Assembly: GCF_009734345.1 (NCBI RefSeq)
Contig: NZ_CP032551.1
Location: 2,340,001-2,372,000, forward strand
DNA length: 32,000 nucleotides
Source: Pseudidiomarina andamanensis
GTDB lineage: Bacteria > Pseudomonadota > Gammaproteobacteria > Enterobacterales > Alteromonadaceae
Direction of reading: 5' to 3'
Shown: positions 27,770 through 32,000 of the stretch, one piece after another
Layout: each line of letters starts with the position of its first letter
Numbering within the stretch: position 1 is the stretch's first letter
Translations under genes and position numbers: made by a program
Notes under the pieces: generated by a model
Database searches by the model: none
What the model saw: the letters and a program-made list of their open reading frames with translations, nothing else
What the model was told of the DNA's origin: nothing

Positions 27770-28342
27770 TTGCGCGTAAAAGGCTTCACCTTAGTCGAAG
27801 TCATGGTCACCATGGCGGTTATCGGCATGCTGGCGCTCACCGTCAGCTTTGTGGTACCTGACAAAAAAGACGACGAAACCGCCGAAAATGCCCGAGTTTT
27901 GTACGAACGCATCCGCTATGCGCGCGAATACGCATTAGTGCGCCACGCCATTCTCGGTTTACGTATTGACGACGGGCATACGTATCGTTTTTTGCAATTC
28001 ACAGATGGCCGCTGGCAAAATCTTACCCACCGTGGCTTGCGGCAAACCGAACTCAGTACCGATATTGAGCTTTCGGTTGAAGCGGGCGATCTCGAGCTCT
28101 TGGAACAAGACGACACCGATTTAAACGAAGTATTTGCGGTTGATGAAGAAGACCTCGGTACCCGGTCAGACGACGACAAACCACCCAGCGAACCCACACC
28201 TCAATTATTTATTTTTGGTAGCGGCGATCTCCCACCATTTGAATTGTTTGTTCGTAACGTCGGCCTTGTTGGCGAGCCGGTCAGCTGGCGTATTGCCAGT
28301 ACCGACGGCATTGATATTTCGTTAGAGCGCGAAGACCGATGA
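27770..28342 (+). CDS. gspH: Minor pseudopilin GspH
   Basis: It has a prepilin-type N-terminus (RVKGFTLVEVMVTMAVIGMLAL). The only start codon giving a normal short leader is TTG 27770, 5 nt after the gspG stop. The track's ATG 27677 lies inside gspG. Confidence 0.72.
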   Translation: MRVKGFTLVEVMVTMAVIGMLALTVSFVVPDKKDDETAENARVLYERIRYAREYALVRHAILGLRIDDGHTYRFLQFTDGRWQNLTHRGLRQTELSTDIELSVEAGDLELLEQDDTDLNEVFAVDEEDLGTRSDDDKPPSEPTPQLFIFGSGDLPPFELFVRNVGLVGEPVSWRIASTDGIDISLEREDR

Positions 28343-28746
28343 TTATGCGCACCCGTGGATTCACCTTAGTTGAAGTCATGTTTGCGCTGGGCATTTTCGC
28401 CTTGGCGGCATTAGCTGCGGTGGCTGCTACCAGCCAACATCTGAACGACTTAAACTATATGCAAGACAAATCGATGGCGCAGTATGCAGCGGCCAATGCC
28501 ATGGCCCGCGTGAGTTTAAATTATCCGCCTGAGAACGGTGCTAAAGGCGTTGAAATGGTTGGATCACGCGAGTGGTTTTGGCGCTCGGAAGTGCTGAAAA
28601 CACAAACCGAAGATGTGTTTTATGTCACCGTGCGTGTGTTCGACGAGCAACCAGCTTCGGCGGAAGTGAATGATGGCGCATTGGTGGTGTTGAGCCGATA
28701 CTTGGGCCCTGATTCTGGTTCTACTGATGACGGTGCACGCCCATGA
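28339..28746 (+). CDS. gspI: Minor pseudopilin GspI
   Basis: The N-terminus is MIMRTRGFTLVEVMFALGIFALAAL. The start overlaps the gspH stop (ATGA). ATG 28345 is an alternative start. Confidence 0.85.
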   Translation: MIMRTRGFTLVEVMFALGIFALAALAAVAATSQHLNDLNYMQDKSMAQYAAANAMARVSLNYPPENGAKGVEMVGSREWFWRSEVLKTQTEDVFYVTVRVFDEQPASAEVNDGALVVLSRYLGPDSGSTDDGARP

Positions 28747-29363
28747 TGCCATATCGTCGCGGTTTCACCCTTGTTGAAGTATTAGTCACTGTCGTGATCA
28801 TGGCGGTGATTGGCCTCGCTTCGGCGTCGGTAATTAACGCGATTATGCGTACCAGCGAGCAAAGCGAAACCGCCATCGCACGGCTTGAAAAGCTCCAGTA
28901 CGGTATGCTGATTTTAGAGCAAGACATTCGCCAAATTGTGGCACGAGATAATCCGACAGGGCGATATATCTTCATTGACGAAGGCCGCTTAGGTTTTGTT
29001 CGCTCCGGCTGGTTTAATCCGCTGGGCTTATTTCCGCGTAGCGAATTGCAACCGGTGGCTTATCTCATTCGCGAAGGTAACCTCGTACGCGAACACTTTA
29101 ACTTTGTGGATGTAACCGAATCGTCCGAGCCGAAATCGCGCGTCGTGCTTGAAGGCGTCACCGCCTTCACCGCCAAACCCCTTAAGAGGGGTGCAGTCCA
29201 AGGACAGACCCCCTCCTCTGTGCGTAATAATTCGGGCGACAATGGCGACATCGAAGGCTTACCGCCGGCATTAGAAATTACCATTGAGACCGAAGCTTGG
29301 GGCACGATCACGCGGGTATTCTTGATAAATGACGGAGGTTTAAGTGAACAGCCGTCGCCGTAA
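28743..29363 (+). CDS. gspJ: Minor pseudopilin GspJ
   Basis: The N-terminus is MMPYRRGFTLVEVLVTVVIMAVIGL. There is an ATGA overlap with gspI. A palindromic repeat lies in-frame at 29184-29219. Confidence 0.85.
   Translation: MMPYRRGFTLVEVLVTVVIMAVIGLASASVINAIMRTSEQSETAIARLEKLQYGMLILEQDIRQIVARDNPTGRYIFIDEGRLGFVRSGWFNPLGLFPRSELQPVAYLIREGNLVREHFNFVDVTESSEPKSRVVLEGVTAFTAKPLKRGAVQGQTPSSVRNNSGDNGDIEGLPPALEITIETEAWGTITRVFLINDGGLSEQPSP
29184..29219. repeat. GC-rich palindromic element, copy P4, in-frame inside gspJ
   Basis: The sequence is AAGAGGGGTGCAGTCCAAGGACAGACCCCCTCCTCT. Its first 22 nt are identical to intergenic copy P2. It encodes KRGAVQGQTPSS. Confidence 0.88.
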
Positions 29364-30573
29364 TTCACGAGTAGGCATCGTGACACCGCAACATCAACGT
29401 GGTGTTGCACTGTTGATGGTGCTTCTTGTTGTGGCACTGGTATCCGTCATGGCCGTGACATTAAGTGGACGCTTACAAACAACCGTATTGCGAACCGCTA
29501 ATTTTCAACAAGCGGAACAAGCCTATTGGTATTGGTTAAGTGCTGAAGAAATTGTGCGAGAGTTACTCCAACGCGAGGTAAGCGAGAGCGACGGCGTCGT
29601 ACATCAGCAACAAATGTGGTATCAGCAAAGTCAGAGCAACAGCATTTACCCTGTCGATGGCGGGGCGATTAAGGGAGAAATTCAAGATCTGCAAAGTTGC
29701 TTTAACTTGAATTCATTGCGAGTAGAAGATGGGGTCAGCTCCGGCTCCGGAACAGGGACTGCACCCCCTTCAAATGCGCCGCAAGCGACACCGAATTCTG
29801 GCTCAACTCCGAACGCCGGCTCGAACACGGGTAATGCTAATACAGGGGGTGGCGCGACCACCGGTGGCTCACTGGCCCCTGATGTTTTACGGGAGCGTCG
29901 CAAAGCCCAGCTACGAATGCTGTTTATGGCGGTAGACGAAAATATAGAGTCGTATGCGGTGGACGTGATTGTCGATTCGCTGGCAGATTGGCTCGATAGT
30001 GATGATGATATTGACGGCAGCTACGGCGCGGAATCAGTGGATTATCAAAGTTTGCAGTTTCCGTATCGTGCAGCGAACAGTTGGCTGGTTCACGTGAGCG
30101 AATTACGCTTAGTGCGTGGTGTGACGGCGCGTATTTATAACCAAATAAAACCGTACGTGTGCGTTATTCCGCGAGATAACAGCCTGAAATTAAACATAAA
30201 TACGGTTAAGAAAGATCAGCCAGCTTTGTTGCATGCGGTAACTGTCGGCGCTATGTCGATGGGGGATGCCGCGAGTTTCTTGGCCTCCCGTCGAGAAAGC
30301 GGCTATGAAAGTATGGACGATGCGCGTAATAATGGGGCCATAAATGATGCAGCAACGCGCGGCGTGCAACCTAAATTTGTCGGCAACGTGCCCCCAAATG
30401 GCGTGACCGCACAAACCATCGGTGGCGCACTTGACGATTTAGATGTGAAAAGTAAGTATTTCCAATTAAACGCAAAAATTGGTTATGGCGATCTAACCAT
30501 GGCCGCCGAAAGCCAGTTTTTAATCACCAGCGAGACCGCTGAAGTTTTGTATCGCGGCGCAGGAGAACCCTAG
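29344..30573 (+). CDS. gspK: Minor pseudopilin GspK (unusually long, 409 aa)
   Basis: QRGVALLMVLLVVALVSVMAV is a GspK-type N-terminus. GTG 29344 has a GGAGG SD at 29333-29337 (GTG 29380 is an alternative). It overlaps the gspJ 3' end and contains a repeat-like segment plus a low-complexity tract. Confidence 0.85.
   Translation: MNSRRRNSRVGIVTPQHQRGVALLMVLLVVALVSVMAVTLSGRLQTTVLRTANFQQAEQAYWYWLSAEEIVRELLQREVSESDGVVHQQQMWYQQSQSNSIYPVDGGAIKGEIQDLQSCFNLNSLRVEDGVSSGSGTGTAPPSNAPQATPNSGSTPNAGSNTGNANTGGGATTGGSLAPDVLRERRKAQLRMLFMAVDENIESYAVDVIVDSLADWLDSDDDIDGSYGAESVDYQSLQFPYRAANSWLVHVSELRLVRGVTARIYNQIKPYVCVIPRDNSLKLNINTVKKDQPALLHAVTVGAMSMGDAASFLASRRESGYESMDDARNNGAINDAATRGVQPKFVGNVPPNGVTAQTIGGALDDLDVKSKYFQLNAKIGYGDLTMAAESQFLITSETAEVLYRGAGEP
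29725..29771. repeat. GC-rich palindromic element, degenerate long variant P7, in-frame inside gspK (boundaries approximate)
   Basis: GAAGATGGGGTCAGCTCCGGCTCCGGAACAGGGACTGCACCCCCTTC shares GGACTGCACCCC and the internal CAGCTCCGG motif with copy P6. Confidence 0.55.
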
Positions 30574-30576
30574 ATT

Positions 30577-31803
30577 ATGGAACAACTATTTATCCGCTTG
30601 AGCTCGGCTGAACGCGAGCCGCTGCACTGGCTGATTTGGAGCCCAGAGCAAAGCGAACTCATTGCAAGCGGAACGCTGAATGATCTGTCCGAATTAAGCC
30701 AACTGACCGATCATGCCCGTAGCCGCGAAGTGATTTGTTACGCGCCGGGTACCGATGTGTTGCTCACTGAAGTTGAGTTACCGAGTAGCGCGATTCGCAT
30801 GCTGCCTCAGGTGGTGCCGAATGCGCTGGAAGATGAATTGGCGCAGGATATTAGTGAGTTGCACTTCGCATGGCCTCCAGCGAAGAAGGGGGGTGCAGTC
30901 CTTGGACTGCACGTTGCTGTTGTCGCCCGCGATGCCATGCATAAATGGCTATCAGCGCTTGAGCAAGCCGACATCGAATGCGATGAAATTTACCCCGATA
31001 TTTTTATGGTGCCAGCGCCGCAGGTGCAGCCGCAGTTGTCTGAAAGCGAGGAGGGTGCAGACCCAGCTCCGGAGCAAGGACTGCACCCCACCTCCCTAAC
31101 CTTAGGCGAGACGGTGATTATTCGCACCGGGCAGTACACTGGCTTCACCACAGACACCGCGCTCGCGCCGATAGTAACCGAAGGTATGCAGTTGCAGCCG
31201 GTTGAAAAAATGGACATTGAAGTGCCGTTGAGTGTGGTCGCCACCACTTATAATGCGCGCAAATCCACGCCACCGATGATTAATCTTCGTCAGCAAGAGT
31301 TTCGCTCGCAGCACAAAAAGCGTAAAGGCGTGAAAGCAAGCACTTACAAACCTGCGGCGATTGCTGCAGGCGTGTTACTCGCCGTGGCCTACAGTTCGCA
31401 GGTGATTGAGTATGTGCATCTTGGCAATCAAAGTGAACAACTCGAGCAAGCGATTGAGCAAACTTACCGCGATGCGTTTCCGAACGAAAAACGCATTGTG
31501 AACGTGCGCTCGCAGCTTAATCGTCATTTAGAGAGCTTAGGTATGCAAGGCACAAAGTCATCGCCGCTTGAGTTATTGGCGCATCTCGAAAGTGCATTTA
31601 AAGCGAATCGCGATGTCAGACTTGAACTGATTCGATACGATGACAAGACCCTCCGCATGCAGGTAAAAGCGAATAGTTTCGCGAGCTTAGAGAATTTTCG
31701 AAAAGTGGCGAATCAAGGCGGTCAGATTGTCGTCGAGCAAGGGCCTGTGAATAACCAAAGCGGTGCTGTAAGCGGCGCCCTAACCGTGAAGAAGGACGTG
31801 TGA
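30577..31803 (+). CDS. gspL: Type II secretion inner-membrane protein GspL
   Basis: A 408-aa protein in the slot after gspK. It has a cytoplasmic domain, a single TM helix (AAIAAGVLLAVAY) and a periplasmic domain. It contains two in-frame palindromic repeat copies. Confidence 0.85.
   Translation: MEQLFIRLSSAEREPLHWLIWSPEQSELIASGTLNDLSELSQLTDHARSREVICYAPGTDVLLTEVELPSSAIRMLPQVVPNALEDELAQDISELHFAWPPAKKGGAVLGLHVAVVARDAMHKWLSALEQADIECDEIYPDIFMVPAPQVQPQLSESEEGADPAPEQGLHPTSLTLGETVIIRTGQYTGFTTDTALAPIVTEGMQLQPVEKMDIEVPLSVVATTYNARKSTPPMINLRQQEFRSQHKKRKGVKASTYKPAAIAAGVLLAVAYSSQVIEYVHLGNQSEQLEQAIEQTYRDAFPNEKRIVNVRSQLNRHLESLGMQGTKSSPLELLAHLESAFKANRDVRLELIRYDDKTLRMQVKANSFASLENFRKVANQGGQIVVEQGPVNNQSGAVSGALTVKKDV
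30884..30912. repeat. GC-rich palindromic element, copy P5, in-frame inside gspL (right flank missing)
   Basis: The sequence is GAAGGGGGGTGCAGTCCTTGGACTGCAC. The 9-bp perfect inverted repeat GTGCAGTCC/GGACTGCAC surrounds TT. It encodes KKGGAVLGLH. Confidence 0.85.
31048..31095. repeat. GC-rich palindromic element, long variant P6, in-frame inside gspL
   Basis: The sequence is GAGGAGGGTGCAG-ACCCAGCTCCGGAGC-AAGGACTGCACCCCACCTCC. Its last 20 nt are identical to P1. It is exactly 48 nt and starts on a codon boundary (gspL codons 158-173, EEGADPAPEQGLHPTS). Confidence 0.85.
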
Positions 31804-32000
31804 TGCCTAGTTTGTTACAGCAATTTATACAGCGCGTTCCAGGCCTCGAAACACGGTTAAACCAAATGAACCAGCGCGAGAAGCTTTTAGTGAGTGTCGC
31901 TGCTGTGCTATTTGTGGTTACACTCGCGTATTTCATTGCATGGAAGCCGTTAACCGATGGCATCGCTGAGCGCGAAACCAAAGTTGTCGCGCAGCAAGAG
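31803..32000 (+). CDS. gspM: Type II secretion protein GspM, N-terminal part (runs off the window)
   Basis: Hand translation from ATG 31803 (TGATG overlap with the gspL stop) gives MPSLLQQFIQRVPGLETRLNQMNQREKLLVSVAAVLFVVTLAYFIAWKPL..., which is open to the window end. This short N-tail plus TM helix is typical of GspM. Confidence 0.7.
   Translation, partial: MPSLLQQFIQRVPGLETRLNQMNQREKLLVSVAAVLFVVTLAYFIAWKPLTDGIAERETKVVAQQE

Overview
This window looks like core chromosome of a gammaproteobacterium. Gene order resembles the E. coli, Vibrio and Alteromonadales suhB-isc and ndk-der neighbourhoods; I cannot name the organism. Reading left to right: ung (3' part), a 55-aa small ORF (-), suhB, trmJ, iscR-iscS-iscU-iscA-hscB-hscA-fdx, a two-gene hipB/hipA-like toxin-antitoxin cassette, msrA (-), ndk, rlmN, pilW, rodZ, ispG, hisS, yfgM, bamB, der, hslR/hslO (-), and a complete-looking type II secretion operon gspC-D-E-F-G-H-I-J-K-L plus the start of gspM. 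I found no rRNA, tRNA, CRISPR array, transposase or integrase.

The unusual content is two families of short repeats, not genes.

1. A GC-rich near-perfect palindrome, core GGTGCAGTCC-WW-GGACTGCACC with GAGG.../...CCTC flanks. Three copies are intergenic; two of these bracket the hipBA cassette as 37-nt direct repeats. Five copies, some as longer variants, lie inside the reading frames of gspF, gspJ, gspK and gspL without breaking them. This resembles what is known for Rickettsia palindromic elements.

2. An AT-richer imperfect palindrome whose arms are tandem degenerate heptamers: GTTAYTC or GTTATTG on one arm, GAATAAC, GAGTAAC or CAATAAC on the other. It occupies seven intergenic sites in the first 16.5 kb. 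It often abuts the downstream SD and start codon, and at three sites it supplies the stop codon of the upstream gene.

All functional calls rest on my recognition of the translated ORFs and motifs. No database search was run.
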